A stretch of DNA of 64,000 nt, from assembly GCA_030295235.1 (NCBI GenBank), contig AP026140.1, positions 620,001 to 684,000 on the forward strand, read 5' to 3'. A model generated the notes under the pieces. The model was not told where the DNA came from. It did not search any database and saw only the letters and a program-made list of their open reading frames with translations. Source of the DNA: Fistulifera solaris. Lineage: Eukaryota. Below, piece after piece: positions 46,637 to 60,533 of the stretch (position 1 is its first letter; each line of letters begins with the position of its first letter). A program made the position numbers and the translations under genes.

Positions 46637-47519
46637 TTTCAGTCTTTACTTTTTCTTGCCAAGAATAAAATGATTCTTCGTCTCGATTCACCTCGGCAGC
46701 TGTAACGCAATTACGTACGTCTAGTGTATCCCAAGCGTTGTATATTACTCCGTTTTTGTTTTGCTTTTGTTGTCGTTGCTGTTGGTTATCCGTCGTCCTT
46801 CGGGTGCAATAAAATGGGAAATGACTCTCGCAAATGACCAATGACCGCACATAAAGACCCCTCTATAGAGCGGTTTCATTTTGCTAAGTATAAAACAAGC
46901 TTGGTACTACATACTAAAGTCTGAAGTCTGAAGAGAGGAAAGTGGTCAACGTTCCACGATAAGTTCCACCACTTTGGTCGTGACTCATGATGATTCATGA
47001 TGACGTCAATAACTCTGATGTTATATTTTGAGTCCTATCCACATACTTGAGTCAAATTTACTAGAGGCACCAAGGAGTTAGAGCTAGAGCTTTTAATGAG
47101 TAGCTGTCAACTCCATCTCCGTTATCAGTAAGCACATTTTTCAAACTTGTCAGCGCGCATAACATACCGAAAATTGTAGTGGTAAAGAAGCCTAATTACA
47201 CGATACCCTGATTGTCCGTAGAATAACGCTGGCCAACATGGTGGCCTATTTTGATCTAATCGATTACTTATCTGGTAGGTAACATAAACGGCAACAATAG
47301 TTGCTAGAACTTTCATAAAGGGTAGAAGAAGACGCCGCTTATAGGAAAACGTTGCCAATCAATAGTTAATACTTTCTTGAAAATGAACTAGACAGTTACT
47401 ATTTACGCTATGCTACATCGTCAAAGCAGCGGCTCCTCTGTTTCCAAAGGATCCTTATGCCTTCAAGCACCAAGCGGCGGTGTCCCAAGATTTCTCTATC
47501 CAGCGACGTAAAAGCAAGA

Positions 47520-48277
47520 TTACGCAGTTGCCGCCCCCTCAATGATTGCAGTCAGCTTGTTGGCGATCTCATACCGAGAGTATTCATTAGGATCAAGCGA
47601 GAAGCAACGAATAATACCTTTCGATCCCACGTCCTGAATAAAACAAAGAGAAGGTTAGCTAATACCCGGCAAGCGAAGTCACTGAATCATCGTGTACTTA
47701 CAACTTCTCCAGCAAGTATTCCTTCTTCTGCATAGTCCCATTTAATGCCTGAACAGAGTGCATACAAGGAAATTTGATGACGCAATCTTGTGACTTCCAT
47801 GAGCTGCCTCTCTTTGAGTTGTTCCACGCCATCCATGTCTTCTAAAGCCTCCACTTTGAAGCGTTCGGTTTGTTGTCGAAGGTCGTGAAATGTGTCGTTG
47901 CATTCCTGTATTTGTTGGCTCAACATGTTTTGTTCAATCTTGTACTTATTTAGAAGCGCTGTCAGCTGCTTCAAATGCTGCGATTCTTGTTTGCACGTTT
48001 CGGTAGCCTCCTCGACTTGTTTCATGAGGCGGGCGCACTCTTCATCAGCCTTATTGGCAGCCTTCTTCGCTTCATTGTCAAAGGTTACAGCATAGCCAGA
48101 AAGCATTGTTATTGTTGAGAGAATAGGGTCTTCCTGTGAAAGATGGTTGCGCGCGATCGCCAAGCGTTTGAGACAATCATTCCATGAGGTCTCCTCGAGT
48201 TGAGGCTCCACGGAAGAAACTGCGACCGACAGAGAACGATCTCTTTCGTCGATCTCGTTTACTTTGCGTTTATTCAT
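47520..48277 (-). CDS. SPC24: Kinetochore Spc24-like protein; intron ~47701-47634
   Basis: Coiled coil followed by ISLYALCSGIKWDY...LAGEV|DVG...FSLD......YEIANKL, an Spc24-type C-terminal domain. Confidence 0.65.
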
Positions 48278-48657
48278 ATTTTTTGAAAAGCAATGAATAG
48301 AAGGCAGCGAATGCAATGCTGAAATTCTGCGACTTGACTTGTAGGTCGTCGTTTCACTTCATTGATGTTTTTGTGTTCTGCCGAAGGTTGCTCGCCGAAC
48401 GTTAGGCCATGCTCGCTCTTGACACTCCTAAGTAAATAGGAAAATTTAAAAGTATGTACGTCTCCAACGGAATTTTATATTCAACGGACATCAATTTTAC
48501 ATAGCGTATGGTTTATGTAGCCTACAGAGTACGGACGTCCGGTCCTATAATTCAACCCGGTCCGTCTGTCATCGTCGGCCCACTTCCGCCTTCCGCAACG
48601 CCGGACGCGAATGACATTTACATCTTTACTGGTATGATTGCGTGATGAGAAGGCACC

Positions 48658-51349
48658 ATGGCAATCGTTGTCGACCAGAACATCAAAATGCCCTCAAGCA
48701 CGCATAATCCTTTTGAGGAAATTTACCTCGAGAATGCCGGCGAGCTGGTGAAGCCAATCACAAAGCAGCTTCTAGAAGGAGACGGCGATCCAGCAGCTCG
48801 TGCCGATCGATTTGAAATCCAATTGCGAAGAGCTCTTTTCGAGAAAGTTTATCCGGTTTTAGCTTCAGCTGACCCTCTCGTCCAAGTCTCAGCATTGAGT
48901 GAGCTAGGGGATCTATGGGTTTCTATAGTTGGGATATGCCTTCATTTAGCTTATTATTCGGAAAGTGCAACTGAAAATAATGAAGCAATACGGAATGAGA
49001 GGCACCGTTACCCCGACCTAGTTCGAAGACAGCTACCGATTCTTCTTCTTGAAGACATAAACGAAATGTTGCCCACTGATCTTAGCGTCAAATTTTGGGA
49101 ACAATACGTAGAGCCGTCTTATGACATGATTTTCAGTGACATGATGTGGTCGACTAACAATCATGCTTGCTGGTTAGCGCTTGTTAAAGTGACGGTAAAA
49201 TTGTTGAGTAATGATCTTCCCAAGCAACATGCCGCTCGACTGATGCAGATGGTTGCTCGAGTTTACCCTCTTTCTGAAAAATCGGGGGTGAAAGTTTGGG
49301 GCAGTGTAAATACGGAAAACGTGACAGAAATGGAATCTGCCACATTCTTTGAAACACAGCAGGCCGATCTTGTTGTAACTGACAAAAATGAACATGCTTT
49401 AGGCGACGACGATGGAGCAATTACTGACTATAGTTTCTATGAATCATTCTGGAAACTGCAACAAGATTTTCACAACCCGAATGCTATTGCCGTGGCGGAC
49501 TTTTTTAAAACGTCTTCAAACTTTCTTCTCTGCTCTGGAAAGTCATAAGCCTGACATTCTTGTTGATAAGGGCGAGACATCACGGATCACGCGGAAATAT
49601 TTGACAAGCAGTCGATTGCTTGTTACGCAACTTCGGGATATTGATTTTCGCTTGCACGTGTTGACACAGTTCTTGATCACGGCGCATCATTTGACCAGCC
49701 AAGTTGACAGCTTGACTTCTCGTTTGTCGGAACACATAATCAAAGCCAAGCATCTTATGAAAAATATGGGGACACGAGCAGCTTATCATTTAAAAATTGT
49801 CGAGTCTCTCCTAGAGACATTGGAACCGCAGTGGCGACGATGGAAACAAAATAAATGTAAACCTGATCTCGATGTCCCGAGACAAAATACTACTGGGCAG
49901 AAAAGAAAGCAAATCAGTCAAGTCACGCTGGACGAAAGTGTTGATTTAACTATCTTCAAAAGCCATTCTCATTACTCGGTCGCAGAAGTGCAGAAGGATT
50001 TACCATATCTCGCGAGGAAAATGCGAAGTGTTGTGCCTTCGGTCGAAAATCATTTGGAAGACTACGTGGAAGCGCTCGACCCTGATTCAGGCATAGAAGC
50101 CGAATACCATCCCAAAAATGAAAGTTTATTTAGCTGGCGGGCGCTTCGACTTCTTTCAGATCAGCACGTTGGACGACAATTTGGGAAAATTGGTCCCAAT
50201 GGTGACTTTGAAGTGGCCGTCCGCGATATCTATAAGGAAGAAAAGAATGTTGAAATCCCAGGTAAAGCTCCAGTGTACGATGAAATAGATTTAGACGAAA
50301 TGTGCAACGACAATGATCTTCCTCAAGGACATGATTCGGCAGAACAAAACGAAGATGGCCAAAGCGATGACAACAATGACTGGGACCAAGACGTGCAAGA
50401 CGAATCTATGTTGCAAGAAGCTGTGGATGCATCAAATAAAGATTCCGAAAACAATATTGATGATGATGTAGCTGGAACTGGTAACGATGACGGCGTTGAA
50501 GATCTCGCGTTATCTGACGCCGGAGAGAACGCTAATGAGATTGCTGAAGCAGGTTCTATGGAGGTGGACGAAGCTAATCACCATGAAGAAGACGAGGTGG
50601 CGATTGAAGGTATACCTCTTCGCAGCAATGGATTTTCTGAGAATGGAACGGCGGATCAGGTCAATAGGGAATCAGTTGTAAGCGATGGCAATCAAAATGA
50701 AACTCTTAGGGCAGCGAACAAGATTGATTCTGAGGGCGCACAGGGTGCAATTGAAGGATTGACATCATTAAACGTGAACGAAGCTGAGAAGAAACGCGAA
50801 GTAGCAGCAGCTCGTTCAACCAACGACGAGAGTAGACGATCGCCACCACGAAGCCAAGTAGGATTGGATAATCAAAGAAACAGACAATCTCCACCAAGGG
50901 GATCAGATAACCGCGAAAATCGACGATCGCCACCAAGGGGACACACTGGACCAGACAATCGCGATAACAGGCGATCGCCGCCAAAAGATGACCGTAGAGA
51001 GCGTCGTTTTGACGGAGGGCGGCGTGGTGACGGATCACAAGTTGAGTCTAGACCCGGGAGACGGGGAGACGGCTTCGATAGCAGGCGTGGACCGACCGAA
51101 GACGCGAAGGATTCGCGAGGACGCGGAAATCAAGCATCTAACCGAGGTAGCACTAGGGACCACGATCGAGGACGAGACACCGATAGACGTGGCGGGCACG
51201 AGCGACCACGAAATAGTGACGCTGACAGAGGACGCGCCGGAGTTTCAGGCCGTGGCGATGATACAACTCGTGGTCCTCCTCAAGCACGTGAAAGACGTGG
51301 CGAAGGAGACTGGAAGAACGACCTACGTAGGGGTGGTAGGCGACGCTGA
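48658..51349 (+). CDS. THOC1: THO complex subunit 1 (Hpr1) with RS/RG-rich tail; frameshift ~49505
   Basis: PLSEKSG, FYESFWKLQQDF.NP, KYLTS.RLL..QL.D..FR...L.QFLI, W..WK..KC, WRALRLL. Confidence 0.85.
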
Positions 51350-51886
51350 ACAATTGTTACAATAGGGGCAGTTAGGTAACGGAAGTTCCTGTTGAGTTCG
51401 GTCAACAGATAGCTTTGCGGTAACCACATAAAAGTTGGACATTATCCAATATAACAATATTATCTTTGCTTATTTGCTTACTATCACATGCAAGGTGGTT
51501 GCAAATTAGGGGGCACACGTCAAGACATCCAAATCTCTCCGAGATAACTAACCTAATAATAGGACGATACAAATTATCCGATGCTTTGCTCCCACAGGGC
51601 TAGATGCCCTCTTTCAATCCAGAAAGGCAGTATAAGATAACCAGTCAAGCGCTTCATGGAGACCAGGGCTGCGCTAGAAAAAGTCAATTGGCCGCATAGC
51701 GTTTTTTAAAAAATGTGGCAAGCGACGAGGGGGCCAGGGAGACGCCCCCAAGCGATGCAATATGTGCGCTTACAAGAAGTATTTTTGTCCTACCAAGCTA
51801 CGTTATTAATATTGGTGTACCATCAGACGCCATGGGAATTATAGAGAATCTAATTTTATGCATTTCTACGGAAAGAGAAACTAACT

Positions 51887-52360
51887 CTAAAGTTCAAGTT
51901 CGAAAATACCGTCTTCTCGACCAGGATCGTCCAGTTTCGCTTGTTTCGGCACAATCCATTCCGACGAATTGTAGGTTTGGTACAGTTGGTCCTCGGAGCC
52001 GTTACGAATACCAATCACATGTGCAAGGCACATGTCATTTTCTCGCCGCAGACGCGAATCTTGAATATTATGATGGGCAATCCGATCAACGATTCGGCGA
52101 AACATGACATATTCTCGAAGATCAGCCAGCGCTTCATCTTCACGAAGCTTCATATCCTTTTCTTTGATTCTTGGGGAAGTGTTATGGATGGGTATGCTCC
52201 GTGATCGAGGTTCGGTTAAGCGACGTTCCCGCTTACTCATAATATGGGGAAATGTATGCTGGGAATTTTCCAACGATGTTTGCGGACCCTGATTACTTTG
52301 AAAGCAAGGCTGCATCATGGCAAGTTGCAAAGTTATTTGCTGTTGCGGTGCGCTTTTCAT
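51887..52360 (-). CDS. Small hypothetical protein
   Basis: PIPI-like motif, ADLREYVMFRRIV and terminal IFELEL, typical of a diatom small-protein family. Confidence 0.6.
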   Translation of the reverse strand: MKSAPQQQITLQLAMMQPCFQSNQGPQTSLENSQHTFPHIMSKRERRLTEPRSRSIPIHNTSPRIKEKDMKLREDEALADLREYVMFRRIVDRIAHHNIQDSRLRRENDMCLAHVIGIRNGSEDQLYQTYNSSEWIVPKQAKLDDPGREDGIFELEL

Positions 52361-53456
52361 CTTGGTGACAAGGATGATTTTGTATCAAGCTGACACAATT
52401 CAATCTCTGCACGTGTAGTTCACTTTTTGTGGATGCTTGGCCTGCGAATCTTGCAACCGGCCATCAACCTCTCAACCCAAAAGGCGTGTGGCGTGGCGCA
52501 AGATGAATGGCCTGTATGGGCCTTGTCATAATTCCGATGCACTGCACGCGCGTCGCGTGTCACCTCAAGCAGCGAACCATCATCATCCAATCATTGATGA
52601 CCAACGAACAGCAAATTTTTCATTTACCCATTCCACGGCTAATAGTTCACGAAACTAAAACATTGATTTCTGTAATGCGGAACAGGATCTTAGAAAATCA
52701 GAAAATATAAGACTAAGTGGTACAGGTGTTCTTTGTTCTTCAGCTCCTCATCTTTATTCTCTGAACTCCGACTGTCAGGGAACTTGTACTGACGCAGAAT
52801 TGATTGCTTGGAGAACGGAGAACAGAAAAGCGGGACCGCCCTTCATCCGTCATCTTTACCTAGTAACGACTCGTGACCCATGACCCAAGACTGGATCACG
52901 TCCGACGACTTGATTGAGCGTCTGTGAGCGCGCAGCGCGCAGTCTCTCTCAGCCTTAATTAACCTATTTTTGAATTTTCTACTTAGAAAGAATTTTCCAG
53001 GAGATCCTTATTTGATGTTTCATGCCACTTTTAATTCGTTACTAAGAAGTCACATTTAACCCATAGTCTTTCCGTTGATCAATACGTTTTCTCCCTCTAC
53101 CGGATGCCGTTATTACGGTACAAATCTAATCATTGCCAAGAACCATATCGTAAGGAAACGGCAAGAAGCAGGAAGCAAGGTGTCCATAAACTGCCAAAAG
53201 CCTTCCGATTGTCTTTCTGCAAACAACACGGCTGAACAGTTTCATTTTTTAGGTACAAGTATTCGTTAAAAAAGGCGAAAACTGATCAAGGTGGCAGTGT
53301 ATAAAGCCAAAGTTAACCGGCTCCCTTCACTGCTTTCCTGTTTCTGCGCCTTTTCTTGTCAATAAGCGACATAAGTGATTGCATCGGTTGGCCGAACCTA
53401 CGATAGCAGAAAAGTTTCAAAACAAACTACCAGGCAAATTTTCTTTGAATCCTTTC

Positions 53457-54527
53457 ATGCTTTCGATGCTGCGCGAATACTCTTCCGAAACGGCGAACCT
53501 ACACAATATTATCATTGGGATCCTAATCGGAATAATTTGCATTCTCACGATAGCATTACTTATTCTGATCATCCCTATACTGCGAAATTTCCTAAAACGA
53601 AAAATACCAGTCTCACAGAAGCGCGTCGACCGACGATATGATACAATCGAGCGGTGGTTGATCTCCAAGGTATGTGTTCTCGCATTAATAGATCCGAAAT
53701 CGTGAAGGTCTCACAATTACATGACATGCTTGATATATTCGAAATGAAAGAGGGTACGCGCACATGTTAGATGCGAAAATACACAATTTTCGTGCTCTTT
53801 GCCACACGACGAAGAGGCCCTGGGATCTTTAGTGAACTTAACCTCATTACAATCGAAAGCGTACAGCGATCTCAGCTGTCTCACACCAAACGACAAAAGA
53901 AGTACATTACCAGCTACGCTATTGAAGTCTCATTCGGATCTTACCATCCCAAGTGTGCAAACGGAAGTAACGGACCCGTCGTACTCATTATCAGCTGACG
54001 AACCAGTTCTAGACGACGATGAAGAAATAGATCTAGAACCAAATTGTTCGTCATCATCCACAGTACTTGAATGTTCCATTTGCTTGGAACCATTTTCGGT
54101 CAACGAAGTCGTTTCATGGTCCACCAATGCTTCTTGCGGGCATGTTTTTCACCACCAATGCATTAAGGAGTGGCTGCTTCGGCGGACTGGTTGCCCCTAT
54201 TGCCGATTACCCCTCCTGAACGTTGACTGTAAAAGCTCTGAAACGTTCACTGATGAAGATTTGACCAAAATTGTGGCTGAGTGGCGTCGTCGGGCTACGA
54301 GAACTTATTATTGCATAAAAAATGGGCTGGTGGAACTGGATGGCAAGCTCACACCTCAACAGAAAGAGTTAATTTCGCCCGGTGTGAAGCGTGAAGAGCT
54401 TGCGAAAATGCGAGAAACACGCGCATCAAGCACTAAAACCGCTTCTGTTGCTAAAGCTTTCGAGTTTGTGACGCGCAAATTCATATTTTTGATCAAGTTA
54501 AATATGATAAGAAAAATGAAATTTTGA
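53457..54527 (+). CDS. Membrane-anchored RING-H2 E3 ubiquitin ligase; intron ~53669-53770
   Basis: N-terminal TM helix; CSICLE...CGHVFHHQCIKEWL....CPYCR. Confidence 0.85.
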
Positions 54528-54643
54528 CGGCAACCGAGAAATCAACAGCACTAGTGATTCAAGATCGAAGCATTTTTTATTTTGCATTATCAATTCGACG
54601 TAGATTAGAGAGAAAGCTTACATGTCGTCAACGCTTATTGCAG

Positions 54644-55450
54644 TTAATCCTCTTCGTCCGTGTCAACCAGTTCCGTTTGTGACTGCATCTTCTGTGATTC
54701 TCGTTCGAGGCGCTTTCTTTCTCGTCGCACAAGTAAGGCAGTTTGCTCATCCTCCGCCAACTGCGATGCCGAAAATTGATTGTTGCGACAGCCCGCCACG
54801 GGACAACGACGCTGGCGTGAGTTGAGGTACTCCATGACGGCGGCGCGCGAATACACGTGTCCGCAAAAGCTGTTCTTCATCGGGTCTTCCAAAAGTACAG
54901 TAGTCAGCGGGCACTTGAGAGTCTGCTTGGAAGCTCCACCTACCATCTGAATGTCGTCGTCGTCATTCTGGCCGGCTGCAGCGGCAAGTTCCTCACCCAT
55001 CTCCGTGAGGACTTCGCGGTAGAAGGGTTCGTGCTCTAAAGCGAGGAAGTTGCTTGGGTTGCTTTTGTGCGCTTCCATGTATTCACGCAACTTGGACGCG
55101 TAGTCACAATCTTCTCCGCCATTGCGCAACAAATCATCGCGTAATTTGCAGACCGAATGGAGAAAGCTATCGACGGTGCGTGAATCTTGAATGTTTTCTT
55201 TGGTGACATCTTTCAAGATTTGCTTCTGCTTAGCTAAGTAAGCTTTCATTTCCTCCTCAGTCAAAACGGGATTCTCACCCTCTGTTAACAAACGCATAGT
55301 TTCTTCTAAACTGTCGTTCATTCGCGTCGCCGTAGCTTTGACGTAACCATGATTTGTTTTGCACGCTTCCCTGTATTGCGCTTCCTTGCTAGACATATTG
55401 TGCAGCAAGCCAGCGATACCGTTGTTGATACTATTATGATTAGGAGACAT
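54644..55450 (-). CDS. NSE2: SP-RING SUMO ligase Nse2/Mms21-like
   Basis: DDDIQMV...LKCPLT...LEDPM.N..CGHVYSRAAV...CPVAGC. Confidence 0.85.
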   Translation of the reverse strand: MSPNHNSINNGIAGLLHNMSSKEAQYREACKTNHGYVKATATRMNDSLEETMRLLTEGENPVLTEEEMKAYLAKQKQILKDVTKENIQDSRTVDSFLHSVCKLRDDLLRNGGEDCDYASKLREYMEAHKSNPSNFLALEHEPFYREVLTEMGEELAAAAGQNDDDDIQMVGGASKQTLKCPLTTVLLEDPMKNSFCGHVYSRAAVMEYLNSRQRRCPVAGCRNNQFSASQLAEDEQTALLVRRERKRLERESQKMQSQTELVDTDEED

Positions 55451-55931
55451 CTTGTTCGACTTAGTTTTGAATTGTATTCAAATATATGACGTTTGTCGGT
55501 AGTTCAGGACAGAAATGAGGAGGTCGACGACAATGACATGCATTGAAATAAAATGCGTTCTTGCGGTGGAGAAAACGAAAGAAAAAAGGGCGCCAAATCG
55601 ATGAGGCTGGGCCGGACTGGCGTGCTATACAAAAAGTGTACAAAGCACCTGGTATCCCGTAACCGTATCACTTAACTATGCCAAAGCCGCCAAGAACTAA
55701 GGCGCACCCCCAACATTTACAAAACAAAAGCGGCAGTAGAGTGTGTGATATCCACGTAGCTGGTAAGGATAGCGCGTTACTAGTACCTGATGATGGTATA
55801 GCAGGCTTGCACGAAGTATTCAATGTTACGGTGATTGGCCATTGGAAGGAAACAATCATCAAAAAACCTAGCAGTCTTGATGAAGTGCGGAAACTAAAAT
55901 GACAGAAGGAATACAATTCCACTTATTACTA

Positions 55932-57848
55932 TTACTCGGGTTTTAGTAGTGGGAATGCAATAACGTCACGAATACTTGCCGAATTCGTCAAAAGCATAAC
56001 CAGTCGATCGATTCCAATTCCCAAACCACCCGTCGGTGGCATGCCCTGTTCTAGCGCCTGCAAGAAATCTTCGTCGACATCACACGCTTCTTCATCACCC
56101 GCGGCCTTTTTCGCGGCCTGTGCCTCGAATCGGATGCGTTGGTCAACAGGATCAGTTAGCTCACTAAAAGAGTTGGCATGCTCCCTTCCAACAGCAAATA
56201 ACTCGAAGCGTTCCGTCAACCCTGCTTTGGTTCTATGTGGCTTTGCCAAAGGACTGACTTCAACCGGATAATCGATAACAAATGTGGGTTGAATGCATTC
56301 AGGTTCACAAAGCTCTTCGAAACACGCATTTAAGATTTGGCCCACAGTTGGTAAGGAAGCAACGTCGGGAACTCCCGCCGCTGCAGCTGCTGCGCGAGCT
56401 TTAGCGAGTGAGGCTTCGTCGAATTCTTGAAGCTCTGCGAAATCAAACTTCATGCGTTCCTTGACGATATCATGCATTGTAACACGGCGCCATGGTCGTT
56501 CAAATGATATCTGGTGCTCTCCATAGGGTACAGTTAAAGATCCGCAGACTTTCAACGCCAACTCACAGACGAGTTCTTCCGTCAAGTCCATCATGTCATG
56601 ATAATCCGCGTAGGCTTGATACAGTTCAATGGATGTAAATTCTGGATTATGCCGTGTGCTTATGCCCTCATTGCGGAAAATACGCCCCATTTCGTATACT
56701 TTCTCAAATCCTCCAATAATCAATCGTTTCAGATGCAATTCCGTAGCGATTCGCATGGTAAGCTCCAAATCTAGGGCATTGTGATACGTTTCGAATGGTT
56801 TTGCCTCGGCACCCCCGGGTACAGAATTCAAAACGGGGTGTCCATCTCCAAAAAGCCGCGGTCGTCTAAGAATCGACGGATCTGCGAAGATATTTGAGCT
56901 CTTTTACGAAAAGTATCTTTTACATTTGAGTTGACGATGAGATCCACGTGCCGCTGTCGGTAGCGTTTCGTGACGTCTTGTAATCCATGGAACTTATCTG
57001 GCAAGGGCAACAAAGCCTTAGTCAACATTTGCCACGAGTTGCACCACAACGTGAGTTCTCCCTTGTCTGTGCGACGCATAGTCCCAGTGACGCCGATGAT
57101 ATCGCCGCCGTCCGTCCAGTCTTTGAGGGTCTAGAGAGAAAAGAGACAGGAAAACTTTGAGAAATATCAAAGTCAAGAAGAACTATGACTTCATTTCAGT
57201 ATATACGTACTTGAAAGTTGTCGGCCAGTCTATTTTGATCGAGCTGCAGTTGAAGAATACCGGTTTCATCTTGTATGGTAAAGAACGCCAGTTTTCCAAA
57301 TACACGACGTGTCAAAATACGTCCTGCTGTCGCAATAGTGACACCCGAGCTATCTTCTTCACCAGGTTCTAACTTGTCCTGATACAAAGCAGTCAGTCGA
57401 GATGCTGTGTGCGAAACATCAAAAGTGTATTCAAACGGATTGATGCCTGCATCACGCATAGCCTGCACCTTTGCAAGCGTATTTGTCGTAGTTCAGAATT
57501 AGAGAGCTCCGGCTGCGGCTCGTTTTTTCGTTGCTGATTTTGTTTCGGTGGGGATTGTTTCTTGGTTTTAGTCGCTGTGGCAACAGCTGCTGGTGCTTCG
57601 TCTGAGGGCAGCTGTGTTTTCAAGGCGAGTAACTCCGCAATATACGGCTCCAGGGTCTCCTTATCGACACCATCACTTTTGAGTTGACGAATTTGATCTC
57701 CTTTGATTTTAATTTGTTCTTCAATGTCGTTACTCATAGAGCGACTTGTAACGAGAGTGCCCCTGGTCGAACGAGCTAAGAGAAATGCCCGAGTGCGTGC
57801 CACTGATGCCCACATTGTCATCATGTGAAGTGCAACAATGAATCGCAT
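55932..57848 (-). CDS. lysS: Class II lysyl-tRNA synthetase, organelle-targeted, with N-terminal WHEP-like domain; intron ~57210-57131; two frameshifts
   Basis: [20 protein letters not shown]....[32 protein letters not shown]...[21 protein letters not shown]. Confidence 0.95.
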
Positions 57849-58412
57849 GTCTTGATGTGATTACGACTGCACTAATTTTTAATGAATCTGTAGTCTGATC
57901 ACAATTTAAGTTCTGGAAATTCTCTTAGTTGTGTGTCTCCCGGCTGTTTATTGTAGGGATGTGTTTCGCTAGTGATGTTATTATTGCTCTTTGTTCTTTG
58001 TTGCCTCTCATCGCTATCATCGTCACTTCGTCGCCAGGAAATGATTGGCGTTGATGATGAGGTGTATGTGTCACGGAGACATAGAGAAACGAAACACGTT
58101 ACGATGTAAAGTTAAATTTATATTAGGATAGCTTATCATTCCTGATGAAGTCGAGTCACGAATGCGCCTCGCGACGCCAACGTTTTTTACCCCCACTGCT
58201 TTCCACCTGGAGGCTCGCTCGTCGTCCTTTCCATTATTTCAACATTTCCAAGGTCCAAGGTGAACGACACAATCAACAACCTTTTAGCCTACCCTGGTGA
58301 TTCTTGTTGTATAAAAGCGCATTGTGCTGTTTTAAAGCTGCGCTAGACTTATTAGACAAGATAATAATATATCAACCTCGCAGCAAAGTATTTCAAATCA
58401 CCATCACTCACT

Positions 58413-59553
58413 ATGTCCGATCAACAAAATGATGCATCTGGGGGCGACGACATGTCCGGATTGACAGGTTTCTTTTTCTACATGTTCATCGTTCACCCTA
58501 TAACGGCCTGGATTCTTCGCCCGGGAAGATTTGAGCGCAAAAAGAGCATCATGTATGCAATTTTGTTTCTAGCAGGGCTCGCAGCCATCAAAACAGGTGA
58601 GTTGAATAATTCCGGAGAACGAACTGATGAGAACAACATGTAAACTGCCGCCTCGTTTCTTACATAAATCATCACTTTAAAGGTCTGGAAGTACAACAAC
58701 GCGGACCCAATTATTACCAGAAACTTGGCATCACTCGCAGTTCCAGTCCTCTCGAAATAAAACGCGCCTACAAGAAGTTAAGTTTGCAACTTCATCCCGA
58801 TAAGAATCCCAGCCCCGACGCTCCAGCTCAGTTTGATGCGGTCAAACAAGCCTACGACGTCCTGATGGATATGGAACTAAGGGAGGTGTACAATAAGTTC
58901 GGTCACGAAGGAATTCAACAAAACAAACGCTATTCTGAAACGCAATTCTTGTTGGAGATTGCTGTTTTCTACGTTAGCTACGGCGTCATGGCTTTTCTAC
59001 TAACCATGGGCAAAAGAGCGGAGAAGCCCGAAATTGGACATTTACTGGCCTTCTCGCTATGCTTGTATTGGAGGTTGCTGTCATGTCATCACAAGGAAAT
59101 CCTCTCCCAGAGTATTTATTTCCCACCTTGACAGAATGTGAAATTGTATGGTTGCTCCATTCACTCTTTCCAGCTTTCATGAACGGCTGTCGCTCGCTGG
59201 GCGCCTACCTCTTTGTGGATTTGGATGCACAGACAAGGCAGCTTTTGCTGGCTTTGCAAGAGCAAAACAAAGATATTCTTCTGGTTCTACGAGAGGTGCA
59301 GATTGGAGTGCAAACCATTCAAACTCATGGCGCTGGTCGCAATAGCACTAGCGGAGCTGTCGTTACGACGGATATGCCTAGGGCAACGCCTACAGGTAAA
59401 ATTCGAGAATTGCAGGAGCGCCTACAAGCTTCCAACAGCAGTGTCGCGCAAGCCGTGCAAAACCTTAAAGCGGATAAGGGATCCTCCAGCAACCTGGGAT
59501 TTTACGGTTTGATCCTGGGCTACATTGTCATCTCGTATGTGTTTAACAATTAA
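58413..59553 (+). CDS. DnaJ-domain membrane protein; intron ~58597-58682; frameshift ~59020
   Basis: NYYQKLG...EIKRAYKKLSLQLHPDKNP; TM segments and C-terminal coiled coil plus TM helix. Confidence 0.85.
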
Positions 59554-59581
59554 AGTCTCAGCAACTAATAATAACGCGAAT

Positions 59582-60076
59582 TTAAGCTCCCAACTTTTTC
59601 ATTTCTTCTCCGATGTACGCCATCATCTTCTGCTGAGCTTTGGCACGTGTGTCCTTTGACTTTGCGGCGGATGATTTCATGGCGCTGACCAGTTGCTGCG
59701 AAAGCTTTTCCTTTCCTAAAGCCTTTCCAGAATCCGTGACTATAACTTTCAGAGTCTTCGGCGGGTTGTGTCCGTCCCGTTCGACAGCTACCGTTGAAGG
59801 ATCTCCACCAACACAAATAGCTTCATCTAATTCCTTCTGCAAGACCATACGAGCTTGAATACCGAGCTTATACTCCTCGATAGTCATGCCCATCGCTTTT
59901 GCAGTTTGTTCCATTTGTGCTAATTCATCTGGATTGTCTTCCGTAGGCATTCCTGCGCCGGCTCCGGTGAACATTTCAAGGGATGTCACGGCACAGCGCG
60001 AACCCATGTTTGCAAGAGGCACGGTAAAACCAAATGCCGCTGGTAAAGCGCACAGAACAGCTAAAGAGATTCGCAT
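59582..60076 (-). CDS. Plastid-targeted small protein, possibly YbaB/EbfC (STIC2)-like
   Basis: Bipartite presequence (AAFGF); helix-beta-helix pattern V.V..DG...P..L.V....ALG.E.LS..L..A. Confidence 0.6.
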   Translation of the reverse strand: MRISLAVLCALPAAFGFTVPLANMGSRCAVTSLEMFTGAGAGMPTEDNPDELAQMEQTAKAMGMTIEEYKLGIQARMVLQKELDEAICVGGDPSTVAVERDGHNPPKTLKVIVTDSGKALGKEKLSQQLVSAMKSSAAKSKDTRAKAQQKMMAYIGEEMKKLGA

Positions 60077-60533
60077 GATGGTTTTATTGAGAATAGTTGA
60101 AAGAATAAGAGAAACTTTTGAACGTGATGGATTCTTAACTCATTGAACTCCTCTTCAACTTGAGAAATAGTATCGATCGCGATCGTCGCGTCGCCATCAT
60201 CGGCAACCGCGGACCGCGGACCGCGGCATAAAAACTTGTAAGTTGTGTCTGTGAGTCTTCCGGTGAGATGTGATGCTCCACGCGGAACTAATCAATCGGA
60301 AACCGATGAAATCGAAGAACAAGGAAGTAGTTTCGCATAATGCCAACGTGAAGTGAAGCTTTACTCTTTATCGTTATTGTTGGTTTAGTCTATCTAGTAC
60401 TGTAGTATCTTTCTCTTTCATGTTCCATGTTCCGAAATATCCGAAACAAACAAGACAACCGTATCTTTTTTTGTTTCAAATACCCAATCCGACAACTCGC
60501 AGCTCCTTTTCGACAGCATTATTTCAACTGAGT

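Noticed and set aside
47520..55450. SPC24, THOC1 and NSE2 as a chromosome-maintenance cluster
   Set aside because: Different complexes, interspersed with unrelated genes; no shared motif seen
58141..58170. CTGATGA as a hammerhead ribozyme core
   Set aside because: No closing stem II followed by GAAA and no pairing arms
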